Source: the human T2T-CHM13v2.0 reference genome, Homo sapiens. From it: a stretch of 64,000 bases of DNA. Shown here one piece after another: positions 63,169 through 64,000 of this stretch (the first letter of the stretch is position 1; each line of letters opens with the position of its first letter). The notes under the pieces are model-generated. The model did not search any database, was not told the origin of the DNA, and saw only the letters and a list, made by a program, of their open reading frames with translations. A program made the translations under genes and the position numbers. The stretch lies in NCBI RefSeq assembly GCF_009914755.1, contig NC_060947.1; one strand, given 5' to 3'.

Positions 63169-63389
63169 CCAGGTGTTGTTATCAGGGTGAGGTTGGCCTT
63201 CTTTCTCTATTGCTTGGAATAATTTCAGAAAAAAATGGTAACAGCCCGTCTTTGTACCTCTGGTAGAATTTGGCTGTGAATCCGTCTGGTCCTGGACTTT
63301 TTTTGGATGGTAGGTTATCAATTACTGCCTCGATTTCAGAACTTATTATTGGTCTATTGAGGGATTCGACTTCTTCCTGGTTTAGTCTT
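63169..63389 (-). mobile_element. Mid-age L1PA ORF2 fragment
   Basis: gtacctctggtagaatttggctgtgaatccgtctggtcctggac...cctggtttagtctt. Confidence 0.8.
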
Positions 63390-64000
63390 TTTGTTGTTGT
63401 TGTTTTCTTTTTTTATTATCATACTCTAAGTTTTAGGGTATGTGTTCACAATGTGCAGGTTAGTTACATATGTATACATGTGCCATGTTGGTGTGCTGCA
63501 CCCATCAACTCGTCACTTACATTAGGTATATCTCCTAATGCTATACCTCCCCCCTCCCCCCACCCCACAACAGGCCCCGGTGTGTGATGTTCCCTTTCCT
63601 GTGTCCATGTGTTCTCATTGGTCAATTCCCACCTATGAGTGAGAACATGCAGTGTTTGTTTTTTTTGTCATTGAGATAGTTTGTTGAGAATGTTGGTTTC
63701 CAGCTTCATCCATGTACCTACAAAGGACATGAACTCATCATTTTTTATGGCTGCATTGTATTCCATGGTGTATATGTACCACATTTTCTTAATCCAGTGT
63801 ATCATTGTTGGACATTTGGCTGGAGAGGATGTGGAGAAATAGGAACACTTTTACACGTTGGTGGGACTGTAAACTAGTTCAACCATTGTGGAAGTCAGTG
63901 TGGCGATTCCTCAGGGATCTTGAACTAGAAATACATTTGATCCAGCCATCCCATTACTGGGTATATACCCAAAGGATGATAAATCCTGCTGCTATAAAGA
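63390..64000 (-). mobile_element. L1PA3-like insertion with 5' inversion (minus 63390-63819; plus 63820 to window end)
   Basis: (ttg)n/polyT tail; cacaatgtgcaggttagttac; strand switch at ggacatttgg|ctggagaggatgtgg. Confidence 0.92.

Noticed and set aside
63548-63578. G-quadruplex motif as a novel element
   Set aside because: This is the standard G-rich tract of the L1PA 3'UTR.

Overview
This is primate (human-like) genomic DNA made almost entirely of nested, decayed retroelements. I see no host gene, exon, RNA gene or prokaryotic system. The ORFs in the track are L1 ORF1/ORF2 remnants, antisense or out-of-frame L1 readings, or MaLR internal ORF remnants. The window holds about 15 LINE-1 insertions spanning old L1M to young L1PA2/3-like, two L2 relics, one Alu, three MaLR proviruses (THE1C-, THE1D- and MSTC/D-like) and further LTR pieces. 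Subfamily names come from remembered diagnostic motifs and need RepeatMasker/Dfam confirmation. Best observations: (1) an L1PA4/5-like insertion (47024-52655) combining a 43-bp 3' transduction with its own ATTAAA signal, an inverted duplicate of its own ORF2 end fused to the 5'UTR, and a target-site deletion; (2) a THE1D-like provirus with a DUX4-type motif, a mutated 5'-LTR polyA signal, a 325-codon internal ORF and an intact 3'-LTR polyA signal; (3) a TSD-flanked L1PB2-like element lacking ORF1 and most of ORF2; (4) several deletion junctions plus fold-back and templated-insertion scars. These are unusual instances of known processes, not evidence of a new biological system.
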